Source of the DNA: Octopus vulgaris
Lineage: Eukaryota
Length of the DNA: 64,000 bases
Assembly (NCBI GenBank): GCA_951406725.2
Contig: OX597818.1
Location: 63,240,001 to 63,304,000, forward strand
Direction of reading: 5' to 3'
The notes beneath the pieces are model-generated. The model saw only the letters and a list, made by a program, of their open reading frames with translations. It was not told the DNA's origin and did no database searches. Positions 1-13,909 of the stretch are shown here, piece after piece (position 1 is the stretch's first letter; the number at the start of each line of letters is the position of its first letter). The position numbers were made by a program, and so were the translations under genes.

Positions 1-829
1 TTATAGAGACATTTGCACAGTTAGTTGCACGCATCATAGTAAATGGAAACCTGCAGCATAACATGCACCGAGAAAATAGAGATGAAATATTTCAACGGAA
101 AATTGTTTCGCTACTTTATGAAATTATAACGACGCAGCTGGTGTTCTACGTGAAAAAACACATTTTGGCAGAATTACAATGAAGCGGTACACTTTGTGCT
201 TACAGACCAGAAGCAATTCTTGAATACTTTACGAGACGACACTCAAAAATCCATGCAAATGCTAGTAAAGAAACTAATCATTCAATCTGGATGCAAAGGA
301 AGTCGCTCTTGAAAACTCTTTGCTATTACTGAATGAAATATTATATCGTACCATATAATATGGAATTACAAACATGCATGGTAATAACTCTAAAGAAACT
401 TGAGAGACTTTCCTACAAGGTATATTTCAGCTACCGTTATACATTTGTACTAGTAAAAATACTTAAGATTTTTGCCTAAACAAATATATATATTCAGTAC
501 ACAAATATTTAAATCGAAAATTAAATACCTAAGTAGACGACATATGTTCCGAGCACATCTATAATAAATGATACAAGCAAAGAACCAAAGATGTGATGAT
601 ACAAGCGTCTGTATCTTTTAGAAATTGCATTCGGAAGTATTTGCAGTTAAAACAGAACCACCCCCAGGTAAATACTAATTTAAGCAGATCGACAGCAACA
701 TAACTATATTAAACAATATTGCAATCCAACTACGGTTTCAATGTCGGTTATGTTTCCACGCATCCAGAAACATATGCTCTTGTTTTGTTATTATATTATT
801 GCCGTATGTGTCATTATTGTTTGTCTTCC

Positions 830-1040
830 GCGTAATGGAACATCCAGATTTATAACAAACACAAGTGCCAATATGTCCATTGGTGTTTGTAAGGCAACAA
901 GTTGTCAGAATAGGTAGCTCGCCCGCGCAAAATGCATCCAAGCATTTCTTCTGTCTTAACGTTCTGGTTTCAAATGTCACCGAAGTCGACCTTACATTTT
1001 GTCGTTTTGCGCTCGACAAAATAAGAACGAGTTGCACGTT
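830..1040 (-). pseudogene. Frameshifted remnant of a DEAD-box RNA helicase C-terminal (RecA2) domain
   Basis: Joining frames on the - strand gives LVLI(F)VERK (motif IV-like), then KKCLDAFCAGELPILTT, then after a frameshift MDILALVFVINLDVP (motif V/Va-like). Order and spacing fit DEAD-box helicases. Motif VI is not clearly retained. Confidence 0.5.
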
Positions 1041-1514
1041 GGGATCGATATAACCAACTTACTCCTTCCCTGGAATGCTGTCTTCGCGCCATACATTTGA
1101 ATTTTGTATGTTCATTCTTTTCATAAAACGAAAGGTGAAATTTGAGAGAAATATGGCTCACAACAAATACGCACAAAAGAAATGGCAATAAAATTTACGG
1201 TAACAATGAAGAATGAGAATGTTTAAAGTGGCAAATATCATGTCTGTCCATATATATTTTCGCAAGGCGAAACAAATTCTATTGTTGGGCATTTATTCAT
1301 GATAATGGCGTCAGTTATGGAAATCAACGGTTTCAGTGGGTTAATGAATTTTATACTATGCATTGTGCTGAATTGCACATTTTGTGTCAACACAGAAATA
1401 CACTTAGCACAACGTGTAGGTTTCGTCTCAATATAGGCTTCCTATAGTTTACGTTTCTGTCTCTGTTTATCTCTCTGTGTGTATTGCTGCCTGCCTCTCT
1501 CTCTTCTTCTCGAT

Positions 1515-1515
<1 letters not shown>

Positions 1516-1558
<43 letters not shown>

Positions 1559-1583
1559 ATATATATATATATCAACATATCTG

Positions 1584-1671
<88 letters not shown>

Positions 1672-1680
1672 ACTATCTAC
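1516..1680. repeat. (ATCT)n/(AT)n compound microsatellite
   Basis: Directly visible; it produces the SIYL ORFs in the track. Confidence 0.97.
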
Positions 1681-2261
1681 ATAGATGCATCCCTGTCTGC
1701 CAGTCTGTCCATATGTCTGCCTGTCTCTCTCTCTTTCTCTTTCTCTTTCTCTTTATCTACCCATTTATCTACCTAATACCTACCGACCTGTGTGTATATC
1801 TGCCAGTGTATCCGCGTGTTTATCTATCTATCTATCTATTATGTGAACCTACGAATTCAGACACATTTACACACAGCTTTATTCTGCTAATCTCGGGTAG
1901 AATGCCTGATCAAACTAATAGACGGATGTAAATGATTACCACCTTCAATTTTGCAAAGTAAATAGCTACATCCTAAAGAAATTTCCACGCATGCATAATA
2001 CATTTGTACATACATATCCACGCACATTCACTCACGCGTATATTATTTATATTTGCTAGTAATTTATGGCTCTTATATTGCACTGTTAAATCTGGATTCT
2101 CATAACAATTTTATCTACGAAACCGTTTAGATTTTAGCATGAAATTTCCATGTAAATATTCACTATTGCTTCTCTATGCAATAAACAGTGTTTTACCCAC
2201 ATCATTCGTAGCATGGTTATTGAATTTCACGAAGTATTTACACGGTAGTATGTAGTTTCAA

Positions 2262-2265
<4 letters not shown>

Positions 2266-2308
<43 letters not shown>

Positions 2309-2334
2309 GGTATGTATGTATGTATCTATGCATG

Positions 2335-2371
<37 letters not shown>

Positions 2372-2406
2372 GTATATATATATATTATATATATATATAT
2401 ATATAC

Positions 2407-2482
<76 letters not shown>

Positions 2483-2570
2483 GCATATATATACATACAT
2501 ATATATATATACATATATGTATTTGTTTATGTGTGGCGTGGGTGGGTGTCTGTGTGTGTGTGTGTGCGCG
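2266..2570. repeat. (TA)n/(TATG)n/(TG)n compound microsatellite, representative of >30 similar TA tracts in the window
   Basis: Directly visible. Confidence 0.97.
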
Positions 2571-3364
2571 CAAGTTTATGCGTGTGTTGGTAGACAATCA
2601 TTCTAAACCTACGTATTGCCAAAAGGCAAATGCTACGTCGGCAATATATTGGTTTCATTAATCGTGAGCCAATCACCATCTCTGATTGATTTTTTTTCGT
2701 GTTCTCATTAATTGAACAAAAAAAACAACAAAACAGACGATTTCAAGTTGTCTTCCACCGAAACGATCTATGAATTAGATTACACTTTGGAACATGGCAA
2801 AGCCAGAATTTTTGAGAGTTCACTTTAGGTGCAGTATAGATTTTAATATCGTGTGTATTCATACAACACACTAATAGTTTTCACAGGTGCAAATTTATAG
2901 ACATAATTTGAAAAAGTCGTCATCTTTATGATGTGAGAAAGTATTTCAATATATTTTATCAAGTTATTCTACCAGTTTCAAAGCCGTAAAAAGAGAAACT
3001 ATTTCTGCTAAAATAAAAGCAGTAAACCTAAATGAATTAAGTCAAATTAATCTCAGACTTTCCCAAACTTCTCTGATGTTGTTCACAAAAATCATCTTCG
3101 CCTGGTCTTTCGTTTCCATTCTGATTGCTTATTGGCAGCTACAGCAGAACTGGCTGATATTATTAGTAGCAGAAATCCTAGCTGCTGCTATTGTAGTCAT
3201 TGATTTGTTTGTCTAACTCGGGGTAGTAAAATTTCAGCAACGAATATACTGGGGTTCGCAGCAGCTATTTTCCTTCCTTAGTCACAGCTATGTCATTGGC
3301 ATTAATTCATGAAGGTTGTAGTTTTGATGATGTGTTGTTTTTGAGTGATGAAATCGTTAAATGG

Positions 3365-3680
3365 TTATCAAGTAAAGTTTGGGTATTCTGTTAAAGGCAT
3401 AGGCACCTATGTCTTCACTCAATTCTCTTTGTCTATATTCTCCGTATTTTAATTTGTGTTCTATACAAATTCACATGTGCTACCTTAAAGAATCTTCAGT
3501 TTGTCTAAAATAATTTCCTTCACAATTGAAACATATAACGGCTTGTATAAGGTCCCTTTCCACATTCACAAGTGCTGTTATTTTTCAATGTGAAGTGCTG
3601 TCTATCCTAAGAGAGTATTTCACATCCTTCGATCTTTCTGTTAGTCTAAAGCATATACCACAGTTGGTTAGTCCACAAAC
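3365..3680 (-). mobile_element. Decayed Penelope-like element: Zn linker plus GIY-YIG endonuclease fragment
   Basis: Manual - strand translation gives CGLTNCGIC ... HFTLKNNSTC ... DLIQAVICFNCEGNYFRQTEDSLR*HM ... EYRQRELSE. This matches the PLE pattern C-x4-CxxC ... NLIY-x3-C-x2-C-x3-YIGQT-x3-LR-x-RM, with stops and frameshifts. Confidence 0.68.
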
Positions 3681-4762
3681 TTGTTCACATTGCTCTGTTC
3701 TTTGTTCACAATACCTTATTACCAAGTCTTACAAGCAGGCACACCGTTCTATAACTTATTGTTGATGTTTATGGAGGGTATTGCCCAACATATCAATGAG
3801 AGCAATACTTCATTTGTATCTAAATGACATGGGGGAGCTGTGACTGCTGTTGGTGAAGCATCAATTTATAACTTACATTTTTTTCTCTTGTACTTGCTTA
3901 AACAACTACTGTTAAGACACAACATTTTGCTCACAATGTGTTGCAAAGCAAATTCTTTACTTTCATTTCCCATTTTATTCTTAAAGTATAGTTGCTGTTG
4001 GACGCAAGGGCAAAAGAGAAAATGCTATCGTTTCCTTGTTTTGTTTATATATGCATTGACACGATTTTATTGCCGTTCTTAATGATGCAATATCAATATG
4101 AATGTTAACAATACTGTTTTCTTCCAAAGTGACATCGTGTGGCATCTGTAGCATGCTACGTCTATAAATATTTTTGTTTTGTTACTGTCTGTAAAATTGT
4201 GCTTGTTTTCCTTTGAAGATTTTGGTAGTGCAGTATAAAATAATGGACAACTATAAATTTAATCCTCATAACGTATGAAAAATACAACTGATAAAGTACC
4301 AAAATCGGGACCAAACTTCACGACAAAATGAAGAATTTGGTAATATGCATAGCGGGTTGTAAAATCCGACATTTATTTGAAAAGCAACTCATGATTATCA
4401 CATAAATTGTATAACACGTCATAAAAGAGTGTAAACGTGAAAGGCATTAAAATCTAAGAAGCGAATTGTTAAATGCAAACAAATGAACATGGTTCGACAA
4501 AATGTCACACTTATTTATCGTTGCGCGCACACAGAGAAAAGTCTATGACAAAGCAAAACAGAGGGAAGAGTTAGATTTAAATTAAACAAAGTGAAAGAGA
4601 GTCTTTCAGAATAAACCATCACTCTAACATGTGCTATACTTAATCCCGCATAAAAAATCAATCAAATGCAGCGACAAAAATTTCGAGGAAGCGTTTCGTT
4701 CTGTGAAAAATGTTGCTGTAGTAATACCAAGTAAATTCTGACAAATATAAAAGAAGAAAACA

Positions 4763-5079
<317 letters not shown>

Positions 5080-5080
<1 letters not shown>

Positions 5081-5146
5081 TATTTTCTACTCTAGGCACA
5101 AGGCCCGAAATTGTTTTAGTGGGGGACCCGTCGAGGATTCCAGTAC
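5080..5146 (-). mobile_element. 3' tail fragment of the SINE family seen at 36870-37087
   Basis: tattttctactctaggcacaaggcccgaaatt aligns with 36870-36910. Confidence 0.75.
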
Positions 5147-5549
5147 TCTTTCGTCTCGATGATTGTGCCATGTGTTTCCAATTTCAAATCCCCATTTCTG
5201 ACACAGTTTCTAGTGTGAAACTTTTACAACTTGCTTGAGCTCAATTTCTTATATTCTTCCTGTCGCAGCATGAGATGTTCTGGCACATTATGTGCCACTG
5301 TCTTGTTCAAAGTTCCTCAGGCTCTGCATTTTTCTTACACGTTCCTCCAGATATACGTTTTCTCAAGTTCTTTGTTTTTATCGCTTGATTTTCAGCTGCT
5401 TTTATTTCATTTCTCCTTTCTTAACCAAGCCCAGGATGTTCTTGGAACGAGAACATAAACAACGAGTAGAATTATTGCAAAACATGTTTACCTCTCTCTG
5501 AGACGCTTGTACTTTTTTAAACTTAATTTTCCAACGAATTATTTCTGAC

Positions 5550-6460
5550 ATTATGTTGTCTCAGCAAACGAAAAGATGATAATGTAATATGGAGATAGCT
5601 CTCATCCTAAAAGTCATCCGAACTTTCATTGTCAAACTTCGAAATGAGCTCAAAGCTTCTGACGTAGATCCAACCTCAGTAGCGAAACGCTAAAACACAC
5701 CAACACGGTCATAATACGATCAGAATACATGACTTTATACGAAAAGTTCAAGAAATAATTGTTAAACATTCTCTGAAATCAATCAGAGCCATTTGCTAAT
5801 GATGATAAGATAGATTCAGAATGCATCATCAGAAGAGGTGTGCATGAGGATAACCAGTGCAAGTCATATGTGATGTGGAGGGGTCAGTTGATATCAGGTG
5901 TGACATGAGACATTCGTTCGATCCGTGGAAAATGCCTGATCAATAGGTTAAAACAACAAAAGCTTGCAATAATCTGTTGTTTCTCCTTTAAAAAAACTCT
6001 TCGATCGGGGCCAGTATTCTGTTCCATCGGTACTAAGTTTCCAACACATACGATTGCCCTGGAACAAGCGAGAGAGATGTCACCATTCTTCACTTTTAAA
6101 AGGGCTATTTAGGAAGAGCTTTCGGAGAAATTGCAAGGCGCTGGATAGAAGAAAGCGCCCCTCTGCCTTCTTATAAATCTAGGAGAACCCAATAGTGGAT
6201 ACATGCCAATTTCCATGCAGATGTTCACCTAGAGTCATGGCCTCCTATCTCACCAGACTTCAGCCTGTTATCTGTGTTGCGGAATCGAAAGAGCGACATC
6301 AATCAACACTGCAATAACGTCATATAATCTCTCAAGTCTAACATAACCCTCATCATGTAAAAATCTATAAAGATCATCAGATTCTGGTTTCTCAAAGAAT
6401 CCGATCCCGTCTTGGAGTAGCCATTGATGCTATCAGTGGGATTCATTGAATAAGAGTGAC
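5550..6460 (+). mobile_element. Decayed Tc1/mariner (DD37D/maT-like) transposase
   Basis: MEIALILKVIRTFIVKLRNELKASDVDPTSVAKR ... IRIHDFIRKVQEII..KSIRAI..SECIIRRGVHEDNQCKSYVMWRGQ (HTH region); WPPISPDF at ~6238; C-terminal RSRLGVAIDA-x-SG-(F)IE*. Multiple stops and frameshifts. Confidence 0.8.
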
Positions 6461-6720
6461 GAAGGGCACTCCAAATTATTCGTATCGATTTCTCAAATGC
6501 AGCGTTTCTTTGATGAGTAATGGGTCTTTTTCTAAATTCATACAGATGACCTCTGAAAACTGACTCACCCTCATATCAGTTAATCGACCAAATTTAAACA
6601 ACTGTCTAAAAGCAAATAAAATTGATGCTATATAGACCTTTATAGAGAATTTGTAGTTATGTTATGCATTGCATATTATTATTAAATCTTTATTATGTTG
6701 GTGAAATATGCATTTATATA

Positions 6721-7288
6721 TACGAGGTCTGATCATAAGTATCCCGCAACCAGCAGGAATGAGTAGAACATCACAGATGTGCTTGTAGCTCTGTGCGGAA
6801 ATCGTCGAATCATAATCCTTGAGTTATCAGAGGATGTGCAGATTAGTTACGGTTCAGTTCAGTCTATTATCTCTGAGGACTTGAGTATGAAACACGTGTC
6901 CTCCAAATTCGTGCCAAAACAGCTTTCAGCTGATCAAAATGACGCACGGGTTTCAGTTGCGCAAGATCTCTTTGAGTGTGTCGACAACGAAGACATCTGT
7001 TTGAAAACGTTGCAGAGGCCTCTGAGCTGGTATCGCCAAGCGTTTGACAAAATTCGATGCAAATTTTCTGCTCAACTTTCTCTGTCATATTCATTGCGAC
7101 GATCACAGGCCACACACCTCCATTCCAAGCAGAGGTGTAAATAGTGGTAGTGAACCAGAGCGTTAAAACTTAATGCGCATGCGCAGCAGAGGTTGAACTC
7201 AATCTGGGCCATGCGACTTCACTCTGCGTGCTACAGCTTCGTTACTATCGCTGTAACGCGGATACTTATTGATCATATGACTTATGTA
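6721..7288. mobile_element. Internally deleted and rearranged mariner (SETMAR-like transposase fragments) with TIRs
   Basis: TIR tacgaggtctgatcataagtatc at 6721 and an imperfect inverse gatacttattgatc...gta at 7261-7288. The + strand reads NRRIIILELSEDVQISYGSVQSIISEDLSMKHVSSKFVPKQLS; the - strand reads the N-terminus MTEKVEQKICIEFCQTLGDT. Confidence 0.88.
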
Positions 7289-7439
7289 ATTATGGGGGTA
7301 AAGAAAATATTTTAAATACGAAGAATAAAGAAGAATTCAAATGCATCTGTTAAGACATTTCATTTATTATTACATTTGGGATTAGTTACACGGAAAATAA
7401 ATTTTACTAAATAATTCACATACACACACACACACACAG

Positions 7440-7471
<32 letters not shown>

Positions 7472-7496
7472 ACATGATATTAAACTATAAAAAAAA

Positions 7497-7749
7497 TAAA
7501 TGCACCCTTTTTAAAGCCTAGCCAGGATCATGGGCCCGGTTTCCCGATTTCTATGGCGTATGTGTTCCCCAGCTGGACGGGATGCCAGTCCATCGCAGCG
7601 TTACTCATTTTTGCCAGCTGAGTGGGCTGGAGGAACATGAAATGAAGTGTTTTGCTCCAGAACACAACACATCGATCGGTCCAGGAATCGAAACCACAAT
7701 CACACGATTATGATGCTGACACCATAACCATTAAGCCTCGTGCCTCCAC
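7497..7749 (-). mobile_element. tRNA-derived SINE with a ~25-bp target-site duplication
   Basis: Head GGAGGCAC, A-box-like ggcttaatggtt, B-box ggtttcgattcc. acacatgatatta(tag/a)actataaaaa flanks both sides (7470-7493 and 7751-7776). Confidence 0.88.
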
Positions 7750-8829
7750 TACACATGATATTATAGACTATAAAAATGTACAATAAATAAGCAAGAAGAA
7801 ATACTGAATTTAATCTTTAAATACAAAACTACAAAAACTAGACAAATGATCTATGTCTGTCATATCAGGGATTTATGATTCAAACACTATCCATAATGGC
7901 GGCCACTATATGATTAAAAGAAAAGTTTCTCTGAGTAGCGGTGGCTTTTTTACAGTAAAATTCGAAACAAAGACCCACTTATCTCTTCAACCTCAATAAG
8001 CGAAGAAAAATTGTGCACTTTAGAAAATGGGTATTAAGCTATTATAACGTGCATGTTGAATATCAACTCTAATTTCAACACAGAATTGTTTTATAAAACA
8101 GAAATGAAATATGTATAAATAATATGAATTCGTGAGGAAATATATCATTACGATGACATTCGCGAATATATAAAGTTTTAAGAGAAACAACCACAAGAAT
8201 CCCAAAAGGAAAGCAGAACAATTTATGCAAAAAACATTCACTGAACATGAAATATTATTACTGTGTATATATAAACGGACGAACGAATGAAAGCATTACA
8301 GTAGACCCCACCACCTAAAGAACACACACGAATCCGCGAAGGACAACATTTAACACGCTAAAGACAAAAAAATATGTACGATAAATGAGGCCCTGGCCAT
8401 AATGATATAGATATAAACATACAAAAAAAAACAATACATCACAGTAAACAGAAACAGACATCAAAATTAACAAACTAAAATCCAAATGATAGTGAAAAAT
8501 CAGAAATTCTCAAAGACGCACGCAACAAAATACATGTATGCTCTCAACGCAACTTACTAATAGCGAACGGAACAGAATTACACATTACAGCAGAGCAATC
8601 AGTGATAAAATTGAGGCTGACCTAACGAAAACAATAATAACACCAGAGAAATGTTTTATAACAAAATCTGTTAACAACCTAAAAACCTTCCGCAAACTAA
8701 AAATCTATGAAAGAATAAGTTGCAAAAGGGCCATCAAGGATTTCCTACAACAGAAACAAACTACCAGAATATTGGAGAAATGATTGAACAGATATATTCA
8801 ACAGAATTTGTTGAATCAAGAACAGTAGT

Positions 8830-8866
<37 letters not shown>

Positions 8867-9315
8867 ATGAGGTTTCACTCTCAGGCAAAGCGCATCAAGA
8901 AGGAATTTGAAAGTATATTACATTCAATAAAAGTGAAAGAACAAAACAAAATGTAATCCTGGTTTCCAAAATGGACCCAACATGAACAAAAAAGTATTAA
9001 TACAAAAATCATATTAAAATTTTTAAAAATATATACAATTATATAAGATATATAAAATACATAAAATTATATTTAAAAATGTAAACAAATTATAACATCC
9101 ATGCAAAAGTATGACACTTTAATCATATGAGATATTGATGTATACTTAAAAATATCTATTTGAGATTAATGTCGAAGTATTGTAGAGGTATATCAACAAA
9201 GGGAAATGCCATATCATCAATGCTACCCCCAATAAATGTATTAGGGAATTGATGAAGATAATGTTATAGCACCGTAAAAATAACTCGCTATATCTAATAA
9301 ATAACTTACAAATTA

Positions 9316-9613
9316 CCGAGATGTACTTGCATAGCAAGTGACCTGATCTGAGATCGTGTGCTGGAACGAAAAGAATTGCAGCGTGGACGGTGTTTATAAG
9401 CCATTTAAGAAACACATAAAAACCGTTAGATTCACTTCAACATTTAATATTAATATGCCAACATATTATCGATGCAGCGCGGAATATTCTCAGTGAACAG
9501 GTCGCAGTCTCAAAGCGACGAAAACATTTTGGCCAATTAAATTTAGATGTTGAAGTGAATCTAACGATTTTTGTGTTTCTTAAATGGCTTATAAACACCT
9601 TCCACACTGCAAC
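9316..9613. mobile_element. Inverted pair of a PLE-pLTR-like repeat (same family as 60796-61002) containing a hammerhead-like motif
   Basis: 9375-9470 is the reverse complement of ~9520-9613, and both halves align with 60796-61002. Confidence 0.85.
9487..9535 (+). ncRNA. Minimal type I hammerhead-like motif with G3-C8 core (stem I partly decayed)
   Basis: GTGAACA(9493-9499)-G-GTCGC/9-nt loop/GCGAC-GAAA-ACAT-TT-TGG. Confidence 0.55.
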
Positions 9614-9851
9614 TTACATATTAAAATATAAGAAAACTAGGAATTCGTAGATGTAGCAGTAGAAGACTAACCATATTATCTGTGGTACAGGCATTTCTTG
9701 AAGTGGTAAGGAAACGAGAACGAATCATTTGAATGACTACAGGAGAACAACATAATACCTCGATAATCACATACCAGAGTGACTCAAATACCTACGCATA
9801 TGCTGACTACCTCACACGAGGCCGCAAACTGAATAATAATGTTTGTCACCA

Positions 9852-9955
9852 CCTCCTGCGGGAGCCTCGTGGAGCTTTAACGCCCGGTCTGGGAATCGAA
9901 ACCCCAGTCCCACGACCGCGAGCCCGCTACCCTTACCACTAGGCCATTGACCCTC
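9852..9955 (-). mobile_element. 5' fragment of a tRNA-derived SINE (18368 family)
   Basis: The reverse complement has caatggcctagtggt (A box), ggtttcgattcccagaccgggcg (B box) and ctccacgaggctcc. Confidence 0.85.
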
Positions 9956-11277
9956 AACTCTTGTATATTAGTATATAAAAGAAATGAGTGTTCTTTTCAC
10001 ATTTATAAGCGCAGCATCATGCCTTAAATATTAATGGTTTCTATTCGTACCTCCTATGATACCCAATGCCTCAGGGCGAAACGCATATTTTGCATATAAG
10101 AAATCCGTTAAAAGTACTTTGAATGCAAGAGTGGGGTCATGTCAGGTGGTCTTTTAAATCTTCTTAAAGGTCATGCGATCACAGTTCTCTCAGAATTTCT
10201 CGGAAATATATGGTCTACTATTCACTGATTAAGACGTTTTGCTGATATCCATATGCAACATAGACGAATTAGCAAAGATCTCCATATTCCATGCTGTCCT
10301 GCAACTGCGAAACGAACTTGCCCGACATGATGATGCCTTCCTCATATAAGAGAAGTATCCATCCATAGGCCTGCATTATTTTCTGTCTATAAATACAAAG
10401 ACACAGGCCACAATTTAAAGAGAAAGCGATCACTGGGTAATACTGTCTCAGCGAAATTCATGAAAAAGCCGACCATCTTTCTTTTCGATTCGATTCTTAT
10501 CTCTCATTGATTGCCAAGATCTTCATGAAGCAAACACATTAAAATTTGACGCTATAATCGTAACGTTGTGTTAAATATTGTTCGCAATACACACCTCAGA
10601 ATACAAAATTTATATATATTTCGTTATGTGCAAAAGATTTTTGAGTTTCAGCGCATAGAAAGCACAACGAAACACACATACACACACACGATCACAATGG
10701 GCACATACGCACATCACTAGACACACACACATAATCACACATACACACATACACACATAAACGCACACACCCACTTACGTACATATACATCAGGTTCGGT
10801 GTGTCTCGGAACCTAGTAAATAAATGAAATATTTCGCATCGTATTTTTTTCTTAAAATATTATACATCTATCAAAACATACCCCAGCAAAACACTTACGT
10901 AAATGTCAATATATAAATTTTCCGTTTCTTAATGTTAGTTCCCAAAATAAAAATTACACAAGAAACTTTTACCAAACTCCAAAATATTTTGAGCCAAATG
11001 TATTTGGAACACATTCAGAAGTAGCGATATACCAGTGTTTGTGTGAGTGTGTGTGTGTGTGTGTGTGTGTCTGTGTGTGTGTCTGTGTGTGTGTCTGTGT
11101 GTGTATGTGTCTGTGTGCGTGTGCGTGAGCTTGTGTGTATGTGTGTTTGTATATACATATATATATATAAGTATATATATATATATATAAAAGTATATAT
11201 ATATATGTATATATATAAGTATATATATATATATAAATGTATATATATAAGTATATATATATATGTATATATATAAG

Positions 11278-11322
<45 letters not shown>

Positions 11323-11550
11323 GTGTGTGGTTTTTAACATTTAACATTCGTAACCCTTTAATTGAAGTGTCTACATCGAAATCAATAGAGTGGATCTCAT
11401 CAGAATATAGGTCGAACGAACGCAATAGCATAAACCATTTAGTTATGCAATCTCTATTGACAGATAGAAATCCCCTATCAATTCTTCACATACGAAGCAC
11501 TCGCACGCGGTGGGTGTAAATTTACGCATATATATATGTGTGTGTGTGTA

Positions 11551-11915
11551 TGGAGGTGCAATGGCCCATGGTTATGGCTGCAGAATCACGGTTTCGATTT
11601 CTACATAAAACATTGTGACTGTTTATTGAGCGAAAATACCAAAAGCTCCACGAGGCTCCGGCAACGGGCGGTCTTAAACCCCGCTGTATTCTTTTACTGT
11701 AACTTTCACTTTTCCTGCTTATGTTGTATCAGTATTTCAAGGGTCCAGCCTTGTCACACTCTGTGTCACGCTGAATCTCCCCGAGAACAACTTTAATGGT
11801 ACACGTTTCTATGGAGTGCTCAGCTACTTGCACGTTAATTTCAAGAGCAGGCTGTTCCGTTGATTTGATCTACTGGAAACCTCGTCGTCGCAAGCAACGG
11901 AGTGCTATAGTAGTA
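11551..11915 (+). mobile_element. tRNA-derived SINE (18368 family), diverged copy
   Basis: Aligns along its length with 18368-18756 (ggtttcgatt, ctccacgaggctccggca, cttgtcacactctgtgtcacgctgaat, ggagtgct). Confidence 0.9.
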
Positions 11916-11970
11916 GTAATGCATATATACATACATATGTACATACATATATATGCTGTTTCTGACTACG

Positions 11971-12011
11971 CTGCATTGATAAAGGGCAACAACCCTCAAA
12001 CATGTCTGCAG
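11971..12011 (+). ncRNA. Minimal type I hammerhead remnant (U3/A8 core, G12C lesion)
   Basis: CTGCA-TTGATAA-AGGG caacaa CCCT-CAAA-CATG-TC-TGCAG: perfect stems I and II and a palindromic stem III. Confidence 0.6.
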
Positions 12012-12173
12012 ATGTCTGACTAGCAAGGTGAAGAGGCGGACCTCCCTTGTCCGAAGGTTGTAATGGACGCAGGTTCGTGTGTCATATAGCGAGCTAGAGG
12101 CTGTGGCCTCGTGGAGCTAATCAGCGACAGCTTCAGTCTTATATTTAGACTGCCATATTAATATGGCGATAAC

Positions 12174-12270
<97 letters not shown>

Positions 12271-12345
12271 CGTATGTATGTATAAGCAGCTTTAAATCTC
12301 TCAAGAAGTACACAGTAGCGGTAGAAAATCGTAAAATAAGATTGC

Positions 12346-12521
12346 CAACTAAATCTGGCGGTCCCATACAGGACAATGCTACTGTTGTTTTATGCCCCAA
12401 GGGGGACATTTCCTCCAGCTATTTAGCAACAAACAGTGTTGCTAGCAGGGTGGTTGAGATGTTCTAGTGCGGCTAAAATCAACAGTAGTATCATTCTCTA
12501 TGGGACCGCCTGATTTAGTCG
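12346..12521. mobile_element. Foldback MITE-like element
   Basis: actaaatctggcggtcccata (12348-12368) and tatgggaccgcctgatttagt (12499-12519) are inverted repeats, and pairing continues inward. It sits between (TA)n tracts. Confidence 0.8.
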
Positions 12522-12526
12522 TTGAT

Positions 12527-12739
<213 letters not shown>

Positions 12740-13697
12740 GGAATAATAGAAATAGAAAGGTCATCTGGTTTACACCCCCTTACTCACCCGAGGTGGCCTT
12801 CAATATAGGTAAATATTTCCTAGCACTGATAGATAGACATTTTCCAGTTAACCATACTTATAGGAAACTCTTCAATAGACACAATTTAAAAATTAGTTTT
12901 AGTTCCACTACCAATTTTAAAAACATAATCAAACATAACATAAAAAAAACACAAGAAAACAGCTGTTCATGCAGGAATAAAGTATTGTGCCCGCTAAATG
13001 GAGCTTGCATGTCCAAGACCATCATATATGTAGCTACCGTAGACTCTATAACCACTAAAGACACCGTTTCGACTAAGAAATACGTGGGCCTTACAGAGGG
13101 TAATTTCAAGGCCAGGTTCAATAACCACACTTTGAGCTTTAGACACTTGAACAAAAGAAAAGCGACACAATTATCTAATCATATTTGGTCTTTAAGAGAT
13201 AAAGGTGCCGATTATAACATACATTGGAAGATTTTGGCCAAATGTAAGCCCTATACCAACGGCAGCGGAAGGTGCGGTCTATGCGACATGGAGAGATGGC
13301 TTATCTGGAAAAGCAGCTTAGACCCTACTACATGTCTAAACTCAAGGACAGAACTTTTCGGATCATGCCCATATGTGACAAAATTTCTGTCACCTTTTTG
13401 GTCCCCTAAAGAAAACAGATAGAACATGCTTTCTCTGTTATGTCCCAAGAAGGTTTTTTTTACCTCATCATACCTTCTATCATATATTTTTTATATATAT
13501 TTTATGTATATATTTTTTATATATTTTCATATATTTTTATATATTTTTATGTATTTTTATATAATTTTTTTATGGCGAGAAATGCGAGTGAAGATGTGTA
13601 CGTTTACATAGCGATGTATAAGTACGCAGGCAAGCAGAGTTATAACAGTAATTTCCCTTTGTATAACGGTATTTTTCATAGCGTTTTCAAATAGCCA

Positions 13698-13758
13698 GAT
13701 AACCGAATAGATGGCGTTGTGGATTCCCACTTCGGCATCTGAAACTCAGAGTTTTATC
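13698..13758 (+). ncRNA. Decayed hammerhead in the PLE 3' pseudo-LTR
   Basis: Stem I GATAA/TTATC, mutated core CCGAATA, long stem II (agatg-cg...cg-catct), then GAAA-CTC-A-GAG-TT. It lies ~280 bp after the GIY-YIG stop and before the (TAT)n tail. Confidence 0.55.
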
Positions 13759-13780
13759 ATGACTATCGAGTAATGTAACA

Positions 13781-13909
<129 letters not shown>

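Noticed and set aside
8538-8903. 81-aa ORF faintly like a PLE RT N-terminus (EKCFIT..RILEK) and a possible HHR remnant at ~8865-8900
   Set aside because: Too degenerate to support without a profile search.
10020-10560. Possible Tc1-like transposase relic on - (RPPDMTPL), with a similarly weak signal at 55800-56000
   Set aside because: Only one short motif each; insufficient by eye.
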